The notes under the pieces were generated by a model. The model was not told the origin of the DNA. It ran no database searches and worked only from the letters and a program-made list of their open reading frames with translations. From the NCBI GenBank assembly GCA_016181305.1, contig JACOZN010000010.1:149426-213425 (forward strand): a DNA stretch of 64,000 nucleotides, in the 5' to 3' direction. This document shows, in pieces, positions 19,135-28,650 of this stretch (positions within the stretch are counted from its first letter, which is position 1; the number at the start of each line of letters is the position of its first letter). The translations under genes were made by a program, and so were the position numbers. The stretch is from Candidatus Woesearchaeota archaeon (GTDB lineage Archaea > Nanobdellota > Nanobdellia > Woesearchaeales > GW2011-AR4).

Positions 19135-20022
19135 ATGCCGAAAAATGAATTAGATGAATTATCTGAGGAAGAAAAGAAGCTGGAAGCCTATTGGAACGAG
19201 GTTCTTATCAATTTAAAAGATCGAAATGGCAGAATAGATCTTGGTTATATATGGACTGATGAAGTAAAAAAAGGTTTTGAAGGAATCAAAAAAGAATTAG
19301 GGAAGATTACTTTTATTCTTGGAAAATTGCATGTACATTACAAAACAGATAAAAAAAAGTATAATAAAGAAATTAATGATATTAGAAATTTGCTTCGGTA
19401 TATTAGCAAAATAAAACCTACAGCTGAATGGGTTAAACAAGTTCTTATTGATTTGCAACAAATCGTATCGGATGTTGAAAGTGAAAAATTAGGAAAGATA
19501 GCTTTAAATATTTCTTATAAATTAGGACGAGAACTGATAAGAAATTTTTTCCCAGACATACCTTCGCATCGTATTTTTGTACATATATTTTTTGTGGAAG
19601 AGTCAAAAGAAATTCCAGGTTGGTTTACTCAAAAAGATCCTCTGGGGTATACAGTTACTGGACCTATGCCAATGTCTCTGATTAAACTAAATAACTATGA
19701 ATCTATCTTAAAAGGCTTACTTGGACATGAATTTTCTCATATTGTGTTGGGGCATAATGACGGACTTAGGAATAGAGTATATGGATTTTTTTCTAAAAGA
19801 TTTAGGCTATTTGGTAGTAGAATTACAGGAGCAACTATAGGAGCAATGGAAAAAGCAGCTGATAAAGAAACAATAAGAAGAGGTCTTGGGAAAGAGTTAT
19901 ACCAAAGTACTGCATATTTCGAAAGTTTAGCAAAACAATACGGAAAAGAAAAAGAGAGGTATCAAAGTGGTCGCGTAGGCTATACTAGCGAACAAATAAA
20001 AGCATTAATTAATGAAAAATAA
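19135..20022 (+). CDS. AT-rich hypothetical protein with HExxH zinc-metallopeptidase-like motif
   Basis: GLLGHEFSHIVLGH; no signal peptide; low GC. Confidence 0.65.
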   Translation: MPKNELDELSEEEKKLEAYWNEVLINLKDRNGRIDLGYIWTDEVKKGFEGIKKELGKITFILGKLHVHYKTDKKKYNKEINDIRNLLRYISKIKPTAEWVKQVLIDLQQIVSDVESEKLGKIALNISYKLGRELIRNFFPDIPSHRIFVHIFFVEESKEIPGWFTQKDPLGYTVTGPMPMSLIKLNNYESILKGLLGHEFSHIVLGHNDGLRNRVYGFFSKRFRLFGSRITGATIGAMEKAADKETIRRGLGKELYQSTAYFESLAKQYGKEKERYQSGRVGYTSEQIKALINEK

Positions 20023-20033
20023 TTGTATATAAA

Positions 20034-21554
20034 ATGGACATCAAGAAACTGGCAGAAAGCCTGAATCCAGCCGAGAGAAAAGTTGTGAAGATTCTTGATA
20101 ATTTCAGCTCTTTCCATGATATTGTGAAAGCTACAGGGCTTAAGGATGTCGAGGTTGCAAGGGCATTGCAGTGGCTCCAGAACAAGGGCGTCATAAGGCT
20201 AAAGGAAGAGCAGAAAGAGCTTGTTTCTCTTGATGAAAACGGCGGGAAATACCTGAAACATGGGTTGCCTGAAAAAAGGTTTTTGGAACTGCTGGAAAGG
20301 CCGGCTGGCATAGGCGAATTAAGGAAAAAAACCGGGCTAAGCGACGAGGAAATTTCAATATCGCTTGGAGTCTTAAAATCAAAGGCCGCTATTGAGATAC
20401 AAAAGGGCAAGAATATTATTGTGTCGATAACAGACAACGGAAGGCATCTGCTGAAGAAAGGCTTTATTGAAGAGCAATTTCTCAAAGAGAATTTTCCAAG
20501 AGATGCAGCATCCCTTAATGAAGAGGAAAGATTCGTGCTCGGGAATCTAAGAAAAAGAAAAAGGATAGTAAAGGTTGAGCTGACAAAGATTGTAGATGCA
20601 GGGCTTACTGAGATAGGCAAGAGATTATTAAAAGAAAAGCTTGAAGAAGGCTTAATAGAAAAAATAACTCCGTCTTTAATAAAAACAGGCGCCTGGAAAA
20701 ACAAAAAATTCAGAAGGTTTGATGTAAAGGTCAATGTCCCTTCAATTTTTGCAGGGAGAAAGCAGCACTACAGGAGATTTCTCGAAGAGGTTAGGCAGAA
20801 ATTTGTTGCCCTTGGATTCAAGGAAATGACCGGGCCTGTTGTTGAAAGCGATTTCTGGGATATGGATGCACTGTACATGCCGCAGTTCCATTCGGCAAGG
20901 GACATCCACCAGGGCTATTACATAAAAGAGCCGAAATACGCCAAGGATTTGCCTGAGAATGCTGTTAAGAATGTAAAAGCTGCTCATGAAAACGGCTTTG
21001 GGACCGGAAGCAGGGGCTGGCGATATGATTTTGACGTGAAAAAAACCCGCAGGCACATCCTAAGGACTCATGACACATCAATATCAGCAAGAACTCTGGC
21101 TTCAAGGGAGCTAAAAATTCCAGGCAAATATTTCCAGGTTGCAAGATGCTTCAGGTATGATGTGATTGACGCAACACACCTGCCTGACTTCAACCAGGTG
21201 GGGGGATTTGTGATAGAGGATGGCATGAATTTCGGGCACTTAAAGGCCCTGCTGAAGCTCTTTGCAAAGGAGTTTGCAGAAACAGAGGAAGTAAGGGTAA
21301 AGCCGAGCTATTTTCCGTTTACGGAGCCGAGCGCTGAGCTGCAGGCAAAGCACCCCGAGATGGGGTGGATAGAGCTTGCAGGAGCAGGCATTTTCCGTCC
21401 GGAATTGGTCAAGCCATTGGTTGGAAAAGAAGTGCCTGTTATTGCGTGGGGAGTGGGGCTTGACAGGCTGGCAATGTTCAAGCTCGGAATAAAAGACATA
21501 AGACAATTATTTTCACATGACCTGGAGTTTTTAAGAAATGCAAAAGTAGTCTGA
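20034..21554 (+). CDS. pheS: Phenylalanyl-tRNA synthetase alpha subunit (archaeal long form)
   Basis: D.LY.PQFHSARD, LRTHDTS, FRYD.IDATHL..F.Q, YFPFTEPS, GLDRLAM. Confidence 0.96.
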   Translation: MDIKKLAESLNPAERKVVKILDNFSSFHDIVKATGLKDVEVARALQWLQNKGVIRLKEEQKELVSLDENGGKYLKHGLPEKRFLELLERPAGIGELRKKTGLSDEEISISLGVLKSKAAIEIQKGKNIIVSITDNGRHLLKKGFIEEQFLKENFPRDAASLNEEERFVLGNLRKRKRIVKVELTKIVDAGLTEIGKRLLKEKLEEGLIEKITPSLIKTGAWKNKKFRRFDVKVNVPSIFAGRKQHYRRFLEEVRQKFVALGFKEMTGPVVESDFWDMDALYMPQFHSARDIHQGYYIKEPKYAKDLPENAVKNVKAAHENGFGTGSRGWRYDFDVKKTRRHILRTHDTSISARTLASRELKIPGKYFQVARCFRYDVIDATHLPDFNQVGGFVIEDGMNFGHLKALLKLFAKEFAETEEVRVKPSYFPFTEPSAELQAKHPEMGWIELAGAGIFRPELVKPLVGKEVPVIAWGVGLDRLAMFKLGIKDIRQLFSHDLEFLRNAKVV

Positions 21555-21566
21555 ATAACAGATAAA

Positions 21567-23222
21567 ATGCCGACTATAACCTTTTCACTGAAAGATTTGC
21601 AGCGTTTGGCAGGCAAAAAACTGGAGATTGGGGAAGTCACAGAGCTTGCGCATTACGGAAAGGGCGATGTTGACAGCTATGACAAGGAAACTGATGAAGT
21701 GAAAATTGATTTTGGAGACACTAACCTGCCTTATTTGTGGAGCGCAGAGGGATTTGCACGATTGATAAAGGGAATACTCGGAATGCAAAAGGGTGTTCCT
21801 GAAATAAAGCTGCAAAAAGGCGACTATCGGGTCATTGTTGACAAGTCTGTTGCAGAAATACGGCCTTTCATTGCCTGCTTTGCGGCAAAGGGCAGGAAGA
21901 TTGACGACTATCTGCTTAAGCAGCTTGTGCAGCTGCAGGAGAAGTTCTGCGAAACTTACGGAAGAAGAAGGCAGAAGGTTTCAATCGGACTGTATTCCTA
22001 CAAAAGGCTCGCTTTTCCTGTGTATTACAAGGCTATTTCTCCTTCAATCGAGTTTGTGCCTTTGGAGTTCAAGGCAAAAATGAGCCTGAAAGAGATACTT
22101 GCAGAGCACCCAAAGGGAAAAGAGTACGCATGGATTCTTGAGGGATTTGACAAATATCCTGTGCTTATTGACAACAAAAACGAGATGATGAGCTTTATAC
22201 CGATAATCAACTCAAATTTTACAGGAAAGCTTGAAATTGGGGACGAGAACCTGTTTTTTGAGGCCACCGGAACGGATGAGGAAGCTGTTAACCTGGCTGC
22301 AAACATTTTTGCCTATGCCCTGTCTGACAGGGAATTTAACATTTATTCCGCAGAGGTAAAATATCCCGGCAGAAAGGCTGTTGCCCCATGCCTGAAAATC
22401 GAGAGCATTCACATAAAGAATGAGCAGATAAAATGGTTATTTGGATTGGAACTTAAAGAGAATGAAGTAAAGCATCTTCTTGAAAAGGCGCAGTATAATT
22501 ATAGCGATTATAAAGTTGAGATTCCGCCTTACAGGCAGGACATAATGCACCCTTTTGATGTTATAGAGGATATCGGGATTATGTATGGGTATGATAATGT
22601 AAAAGAGCTTCCATTAACTACCTATACAACAGGCTCTGCGTTGAAGGGTAAAGAGTTTATTGACAAAGTAAGGGAAATTATAGTCGGCTTGGGCTACCAG
22701 GAAATTATGAGTGCAGTGCTGACTAATAAGGATTTTCTGTATAAAAAAATGAATATCGGGGATTTTGGGACTATTGAAATTGAGGACTGCATGTCGGAGA
22801 ACTACTCTGCTGTGAGGAGCTGGATTCTTCCAAATTTGATGGAGGTTTTCTCAAAGAACAAGCATGTAGAGTTTCCGCAGAAAATCTTTGAGGAAGGCAT
22901 TGTCAATGTGAGAAAAAGCGGGGAAATTGCTGATTTTAACAGGATTGCGATTGCGAGCTCCCATGAGAATTCAAACTACACGGAAATGAGGCAGGTGCTT
23001 GATTACATAATGAAATGCTTTGGGCTCAAGTGCGACATTGAGGAGGCAGAGCACGGCTCTTTCATTGAGGGAAGATGCGGAAGGGCAATTGTCCATGGAA
23101 AGAAAATTGCTTATCTGGGGGAAATAAACCTGCAAGTTCTGGAAAACTGGAATTTGGATATGCCGGTTGCTGCTATGGAACTGAATTTGAGCGAAATGTT
23201 TGAGATAATTAAAAATAAATAA
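21567..23222 (+). CDS. pheT: Phenylalanyl-tRNA synthetase beta subunit (archaeal)
   Basis: MPTI start, QLQEK....GR.R.KVSIG, PIINS, PPYR.DIMH..DVIEDI, GRCG. Confidence 0.95.
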   Translation: MPTITFSLKDLQRLAGKKLEIGEVTELAHYGKGDVDSYDKETDEVKIDFGDTNLPYLWSAEGFARLIKGILGMQKGVPEIKLQKGDYRVIVDKSVAEIRPFIACFAAKGRKIDDYLLKQLVQLQEKFCETYGRRRQKVSIGLYSYKRLAFPVYYKAISPSIEFVPLEFKAKMSLKEILAEHPKGKEYAWILEGFDKYPVLIDNKNEMMSFIPIINSNFTGKLEIGDENLFFEATGTDEEAVNLAANIFAYALSDREFNIYSAEVKYPGRKAVAPCLKIESIHIKNEQIKWLFGLELKENEVKHLLEKAQYNYSDYKVEIPPYRQDIMHPFDVIEDIGIMYGYDNVKELPLTTYTTGSALKGKEFIDKVREIIVGLGYQEIMSAVLTNKDFLYKKMNIGDFGTIEIEDCMSENYSAVRSWILPNLMEVFSKNKHVEFPQKIFEEGIVNVRKSGEIADFNRIAIASSHENSNYTEMRQVLDYIMKCFGLKCDIEEAEHGSFIEGRCGRAIVHGKKIAYLGEINLQVLENWNLDMPVAAMELNLSEMFEIIKNK

Positions 23223-23224
23223 AA

Positions 23225-23719
23225 TCACTCCTTTTTCTTAGTAGTCTTTTTCGGAGCAGTTTTTTTCTCTTTTGGTTTATCTTCTTTATGCCCGTGTTCG
23301 TGCTTTTCTTCCTTTGCTTCAGCCAATCCTGCCTTATCCTCCAAAGTAGTCTCTTTAATCCCTTGGGCTTCTTCCTTTTTCTTTGGCTTGAATATGTCCC
23401 TTAATTTTCTCTTTTCTTCCTTCAGTTTCCTTAATTGCTCCGGGGTTTTTCTTTTTGCCTTTGGCTTCTGTGTTTTTGGCTTTGTCTGCCTGGCTTTTAT
23501 CCCCAATTCTTCCAAAGCCTTTGCAACAGCCTCATGAGAAGCATTCTTTTCTATCTTTATAACCTGATTTAAAGGCTCTATATGAAGGATGTTTGCTTTT
23601 CTTCTTCTTGTTTCTCCGTCTACAAGCACAAATTTATCATCCAGAATGTCTATAATGACTCCTTTTTTGCCAGCGTCCCTGCCGGCAACCTTAACCACAA
23701 CCCTTCCAATCTCAATCAT
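23225..23719 (-). CDS. rpl14e: 50S ribosomal protein eL14 with charged C-terminal tail
   Basis: IEIGRVVVKVAGRDAGKKGVIIDILD; ATG 23719 with GGAGG SD. Confidence 0.93.
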   Translation of the reverse strand: MIEIGRVVVKVAGRDAGKKGVIIDILDDKFVLVDGETRRRKANILHIEPLNQVIKIEKNASHEAVAKALEELGIKARQTKPKTQKPKAKRKTPEQLRKLKEEKRKLRDIFKPKKKEEAQGIKETTLEDKAGLAEAKEEKHEHGHKEDKPKEKKTAPKKTTKKKE

Positions 23720-23729
23720 TTTTTCCTCC

Positions 23730-23771
23730 AATCACATTAAACAAGCAGTGTCGCCATCTGCCCATGTGATT
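23730..23771 (-). promoter_or_regulatory. Structured 5' leader of rpl14e
   Basis: mRNA AATCACAT-GG-GCAG-ATGGCGACA-CTGC-TTGTTTA-ATGTGATT directly before the GGAGG SD; ATATAAAA TATA-like box upstream. Confidence 0.5.
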
Positions 23772-23823
23772 TCTTTGCTGTTTTATATGTTTGATTATGA
23801 AATTTTTTAATTTATTGGATAGT

Positions 23824-24090
23824 TTATTGCCTGTATTTGTCAATTATATTTCTTCGCATGCATCTGCTGCAAAGAACCCCTCCAAACGGCCTTTCCGGCC
23901 TTTTTTTTGTCTTTGCCATGCTCCGCATCTTATAGGGCAGCTCTCTCGGAACCCCCTTAAGCACAGCTCCGCAATTACCGCATCTTGCCTGCTTGTGCTT
24001 CTTTCTCTTGTAATGTATGCTTGTTCTTCCACCCGGCACTCTCCTGAATACTTTTCTCAGGCTTCTGCTTCTTAATCTTGGCGCTGGCAT
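23824..24090 (-). CDS. rpl34e: 50S ribosomal protein eL34
   Basis: MPAPRLRSRS..R.PGG, CGNCG, RPERPFGGVLCSRC; start moved to 24090. Confidence 0.95.
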   Translation of the reverse strand: MPAPRLRSRSLRKVFRRVPGGRTSIHYKRKKHKQARCGNCGAVLKGVPRELPYKMRSMAKTKKRPERPFGGVLCSRCMRRNIIDKYRQ

Positions 24091-24168
24091 ACTATTCGGA
24101 AAAATATGTCGATTTATAAAGGTTAGCATAATGTTTAAATAGGAATGGCACAAAACAAATCCCATAAT

Positions 24169-24663
24169 ATGCGTAAGATTTTGAGCTCGAAAAAAGGGGT
24201 GTCCCCGTTAATAGCAACGATTCTTCTGATAGCCTTTGCTGTGGCGCTTGGCTCTGTAGTCATGAACTGGGGATTAAACCTTGACTTGGGGAAGTCTGCC
24301 GACAAGTGCAGGAATATAGAGATAAAGCTGAGGGAGGTTGATTCGGCTGAGGCATGCTTCGGCGGATTTGGGCAGAACGGCTACATAAATTTTGTAATAG
24401 ACAATACAGGAGCTGACGACATAAGCGGATTGGCCATATGGATTGTGGGCGACAAGGGCACGAGGCTTTTTGAACTGGACAGCATTCTGATAAAAAAAGA
24501 CTCTTTGTACGACAAAAAGGACAAGGAAGTGAGCTATGACTTCACAGCTTACGGCAACATAAAGCAGGTGCAGTTCATACCAAAAGCCAAGGCTGAGCAG
24601 ACAACTGAAATATGCCCTAAAAACGCCGTGAAGACGGAGAAGATTGCGGCATGCAGTCAGTAA
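24169..24663 (+). CDS. Archaeal type IV pilin/archaellin-like protein
   Basis: KKG-VSPLIATILLIAFAVALG class III signal; antisense to the surrounding operon. Confidence 0.85.
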   Translation: MRKILSSKKGVSPLIATILLIAFAVALGSVVMNWGLNLDLGKSADKCRNIEIKLREVDSAEACFGGFGQNGYINFVIDNTGADDISGLAIWIVGDKGTRLFELDSILIKKDSLYDKKDKEVSYDFTAYGNIKQVQFIPKAKAEQTTEICPKNAVKTEKIAACSQ

Positions 24664-25406
24664 ACCTTCATAAATTTTCTCAGCAGTGTTGTGAATAGTA
24701 TAGATGACCAGATATAAGTTCCAAGCCAGCCCAGCCAGTCCTTGTAGCCGATTGGAATAATAATCAATTTTTTATAGTTTATCGCTATTGACTTTATGCT
24801 GCCTTCTGTTTTTTTTAACGGGTTGATATATTTTTTGCCATTGGTTATCAGCACGCTTGTCTGCTGCTTCTCTCCATTGAGGGCAATTTCAAGCATGTGC
24901 TCACCTTCCCCGCCCTTTAATTTCCATGCCGCCCGGCTATCCTCAATTTTCTGGGATTTGGCGCCTACAGTCTCCAGCCCGTCCTGAACAATAATCTCTG
25001 CATTCCCATTTATGTTTTTTTCAAAAAAAGCCGTTACAGAGAACTCCTGGCCGGGCTTGATGCTTTCATATGCAAAATGGGAGCTGGCCCATGCAAATAT
25101 GAATATTATGGGGATTAATGTTATCAATGTAGGCTTCAGGGAGTGTGTAAGGTACTGCATATTGACTTCCATTGCCTTTTTCTGGGCTTCCATTGCCTTC
25201 GCAGGCTCATGCTTTAATTCCTTTACGCGCTTTTGGTGCTCCTTCATGTCGTCTTTCAGCCTTTTCATCAAGCTTTGATTAGTGGTGTATTTCGTGATTA
25301 GAATTACTATTAAAGAGACTATAAACGCCAGTATTATGACTGCAAACGCCATAGGCAACTTAAGCAATGGCGCAAATATGATGTTCAAAAAATCAAAATA
25401 TGCCAT
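24657..25406 (-). CDS. DUF106 / EMC3-TMCO1 (Oxa1 superfamily) membrane protein
   Basis: Follows secY; TM-coiled coil-LKP.LIT.IP-TM; C-terminal W...YI..S..F...LRK. Confidence 0.88.
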   Translation of the reverse strand: MAYFDFLNIIFAPLLKLPMAFAVIILAFIVSLIVILITKYTTNQSLMKRLKDDMKEHQKRVKELKHEPAKAMEAQKKAMEVNMQYLTHSLKPTLITLIPIIFIFAWASSHFAYESIKPGQEFSVTAFFEKNINGNAEIIVQDGLETVGAKSQKIEDSRAAWKLKGGEGEHMLEIALNGEKQQTSVLITNGKKYINPLKKTEGSIKSIAINYKKLIIIPIGYKDWLGWLGTYIWSSILFTTLLRKFMKVY

Positions 25407-25411
25407 TTGTG

Positions 25412-26812
25412 TCAGCCTCCCATGAACTTTCTCATCACGGGGTTCATGTCCATCATGTGCTGCCTTGCAATATCCTCATACAGCCTGTAGATTATCATGA
25501 CTGCGAGCAGGATGCCGGTTCCCCTGCTCAACGCTCCTGTCAGATCGGCAAGTGCGGCTAAAAATCCGACTGTTATGCCGCCCATTATCGTGAGAGGCCA
25601 TATGTACCTGCTGAGCAGCTTCTCAAGCACCCTTTCATCCTTCCTGAATCCGGGAATCTGCAGTCCGCTTGATATCATCTGCTTCGCCTGGCTTTTTGCA
25701 TCCATTCCTGCAGTCTGCACCCAGAATATGCTGAATACAACGCTTCCAAGAATAAAAAACAGCAGGTAGAATGATGCCTGCAAATAAGAGGCAGCGCCTA
25801 TAAACAAAGTGTGCTGCTGTATTATGCTTCTTACTATGTCGGGGCCCTGAATCCAGTAAACAAAACCTGATATAGGGTTTCCCTGAGAGCCGAAAGTCCC
25901 GAGCAAAGGGTAGCCGATGTTCTGCAAGAGGCTGCCCCACAGCTGGAAATTTGCAATGAGCGCAGCAACAAGAATGACGGGGATGTTTGATGTGTAAATG
26001 AATGATAAAGGCCATCTTATGCCATGCCCCCTTATCATGCCGAAAGACAATGGAATCTCCACCTTCATCGCTTGGGCATAGACTGCAATCACAAAAACAA
26101 GGATTGTTGCGAGCACAGCTGATATCGCGAGCACAGCACCCGTAACATCGCCGCTTACAAGGCTGACAAAAAAAGCGGGAATAGCACCTGGGGGAGTTGT
26201 TGCGCCTTTAGGCACAATCCAGTTAAACGCCTGCAGGAATATGCTCTTGCTCACGCCCGCAGCTATGAACAGGCTGATTCCAGAGCCAAATCCCCACTTG
26301 CTTACAACCTCATCCAGGAACAGTATCAGCAGGCCGCCGAGGAAAAGCTGGAAAACTAGTATAATCTGTATCTGCAGGTACAATGGTGTCCCGCGGAACT
26401 GCTCGGCTGGCGCAAGGCCGCCGAGGAAAACATAAATTGCGCTTTCAAAAAGTATGAAGAACAGCGACATGAATTTTTGGGTGCCCTGGAAGCTTTTCTT
26501 TCCCTCGGGAGTTGACAAGTCAAATTTCCAGATCCCTGAGCCGTTAAGCAGCTGCAAGACTATGGAAGCAGTGACTATGGGGCCTATCCCGAGCGATATT
26601 ATCGAGCCGAATTCCGCTCCAAAAATGATTGACAAAGTCTCAAATTTCTGCAGGGCGTTTATGCCCATGCCGAACAGCGGCATCAGCCCCAGGACAAAAA
26701 AAACAACAAGAGTGATGCCTGTCCATTTCATCTTCTCCCGGAAAGAAAGCATCTTCTGTGTGGGACCTTCAACCTCGGGAAGATTTGATATAATAGTTTG
26801 CCAGAGAGACAT
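25412..26812 (-). CDS. secY: Preprotein translocase SecY
   Basis: LGIGPIVTAS, WGFGSGISLFI, YTSNIP, QIPGFRKD.R, GTGILL. Confidence 0.97.
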   Translation of the reverse strand: MSLWQTIISNLPEVEGPTQKMLSFREKMKWTGITLVVFFVLGLMPLFGMGINALQKFETLSIIFGAEFGSIISLGIGPIVTASIVLQLLNGSGIWKFDLSTPEGKKSFQGTQKFMSLFFILFESAIYVFLGGLAPAEQFRGTPLYLQIQIILVFQLFLGGLLILFLDEVVSKWGFGSGISLFIAAGVSKSIFLQAFNWIVPKGATTPPGAIPAFFVSLVSGDVTGAVLAISAVLATILVFVIAVYAQAMKVEIPLSFGMIRGHGIRWPLSFIYTSNIPVILVAALIANFQLWGSLLQNIGYPLLGTFGSQGNPISGFVYWIQGPDIVRSIIQQHTLFIGAASYLQASFYLLFFILGSVVFSIFWVQTAGMDAKSQAKQMISSGLQIPGFRKDERVLEKLLSRYIWPLTIMGGITVGFLAALADLTGALSRGTGILLAVMIIYRLYEDIARQHMMDMNPVMRKFMGG

Positions 26813-26851
26813 TTTTGAGCAGAATATTGGAAAATCAAGATGTTTTTAAAG

Positions 26852-27325
26852 TTATTGTAATGGTTCTTTAGGTTTGCCTTCAACCATCCCTGCAACGTCG
26901 CCGCCAGCTTCCCTTACCTTCTCTATCGCTGATTTTGAAGCATATGGCGTTTTTATCCTTAATTTCATGGAAACTTTCCCGTCTCCGAGCAATTTGTTGA
27001 AGCCGAGTTTTTCCAATTCGACAGAATAGAATCCATCCTCCTTTTTTATTAAGTTGTTTGAAATAAATTGATTGATGTGCTGTTCTATATAACTTACATT
27101 GACAGCATTTATCCTGGCTTTAGGCGTCTTGCTTACAAACCCGAACTTTCCGAAATACCTTTCATTCTTCCATATGCTTGGCTTTTTTGAGTCAGCCCTC
27201 TTGCCGGAGCCAGCCATTCCTGCACCGCCTTGGTGGCCCTTTCCCCGATGCTTTTTCTTGGCGCCCCAGCCATGAGTCATGCTGCCGCGCTGCCTTGTAT
27301 TTTTCTTTCTCCTGTTGACCGTCAT
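26852..27325 (-). CDS. rpl15: 50S ribosomal protein uL15
   Basis: RGS.THG.G..KKHRG.G..GG.G.AG; KLLG.G. Confidence 0.96.
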   Translation of the reverse strand: MTVNRRKKNTRQRGSMTHGWGAKKKHRGKGHQGGAGMAGSGKRADSKKPSIWKNERYFGKFGFVSKTPKARINAVNVSYIEQHINQFISNNLIKKEDGFYSVELEKLGFNKLLGDGKVSMKLRIKTPYASKSAIEKVREAGGDVAGMVEGKPKEPLQ

Positions 27326-27326
27326 T

Positions 27327-27779
27327 TTAAACCATCCTCTTTATCAAATCTTTTATTGCCGCTCCCCTGTAGCCGAGAGCCCCTCCATCTTTAAAAGAAT
27401 GCTTGACGCCTTTTCTTCCAAATCCTTTTCTAGGCGGATTCAGGCGAAAATACCTCTTTATTTTTTTGTTATTAACCACAATAAAATCATTGTATTTTAT
27501 CTTATTTTTTGAGTCCGCCTCAAGTCCGTTGAACTGCTCCGCCCTCTTCTCGACAAGCATCTTGAAAGTCTCGTCGTCAATTTCCCCCCATGTGATGTAG
27601 TCCTTTGCCTTTTTCAGCATACCGGTGTAAATTGGATTATTTGGAAGCACTATGCAGAAATTGTTCTTGTACAGCCTCAGCATTTTCATGGTGTCCTGTA
27701 TTTTTGAGTTGACCATTGTTATCCCCCTTACCCTTATAGCAGCCAGCTGCTTTGGCCTAATCTCTGGTTTTTTTTCCAT
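27327..27779 (-). CDS. rpl30: 50S ribosomal protein uL30
   Basis: AAIRVRG, KDYITWGE, RLNPPRKG, GALGYRG. Confidence 0.95.
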   Translation of the reverse strand: MEKKPEIRPKQLAAIRVRGITMVNSKIQDTMKMLRLYKNNFCIVLPNNPIYTGMLKKAKDYITWGEIDDETFKMLVEKRAEQFNGLEADSKNKIKYNDFIVVNNKKIKRYFRLNPPRKGFGRKGVKHSFKDGGALGYRGAAIKDLIKRMV

Positions 27780-27780
27780 T

Positions 27781-28650
27781 TTACACCACTGCTTTCGACG
27801 AGCCCTCCACTATATTTGATGCTCCTGTATTTTTCTGGCTGATTTTAAAACTCATGAGTTTTTGCAATGCGTCAAAGCATGCATAAAGAAGGTTAAGCTT
27901 GCTTCTGGTTTGCCCCTCTGTCCTTGACCATATGTCTTTTATGCCGGCAAGCTTCAATACCTTTTGGCATTCCTTCTCGACTATCAGCCCTGTGCCTTTC
28001 GGAGCAGGTATAAGTGTCATAATAACCGAGCCGCATTTTCCGCTCACCTTAAACGGAATTGTGTGGGGGTCGCCGCAGCCGCAGCGCCAATTGCCGCAGC
28101 CTCTTCTTATTTTTATAATGTTGAGCTTGGCATGCCTTAATGCCTTTTCCCTTGCAGGAACAGTCTCTTTTGACTTGCCGTAGCCGACACCCACATAGCC
28201 GTCTTCATTGCCTGTTACAGCAAATGTCGCAAACTTCGGCTTGTTGCCTTCCTGCGTCTTTTTCTGGGTTTGCTTGAATATCCTTTTCTGCCCGCCGCCG
28301 AACTTTCCTTTTGACTGCCCCACCATCAGCAGGTCTGTTGACAGGTTCGGCAGCAAAGCATCAACCACTTCTGGCTCCAGTATCTTTATCCTGCTGTCCA
28401 GCACATAATCAATGCCGGTCACCTCCCCGTTTTTAACCTTTAAGCCCAAAGATGTCCTTGGCTTCCATGACTCTTTTTCAAATGCCCCCTTTTTTTTGAC
28501 TTCTTCGACTATGACCTCCTCTATCTCCTTCACTTCGCCAAGCTCTGTTGCAAGCCCCTCCTTCGGCTTTTCAACCAAAGCTTCCTCTTCCTGCAATTCC
28601 TCTATTTTCGGCTCTTCGGCCTTTTTTTCTTCTGTTTTCTTCTTAGCCAT
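27781..28650 (-). CDS. rps5: 30S ribosomal protein uS5
   Basis: W.PRT.LG, G..DGYVGVG, RRGCG.W.C, PAPKGTGL; acidic N-extension. Confidence 0.96.
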   Translation of the reverse strand: MAKKKTEEKKAEEPKIEELQEEEALVEKPKEGLATELGEVKEIEEVIVEEVKKKGAFEKESWKPRTSLGLKVKNGEVTGIDYVLDSRIKILEPEVVDALLPNLSTDLLMVGQSKGKFGGGQKRIFKQTQKKTQEGNKPKFATFAVTGNEDGYVGVGYGKSKETVPAREKALRHAKLNIIKIRRGCGNWRCGCGDPHTIPFKVSGKCGSVIMTLIPAPKGTGLIVEKECQKVLKLAGIKDIWSRTEGQTRSKLNLLYACFDALQKLMSFKISQKNTGASNIVEGSSKAVV

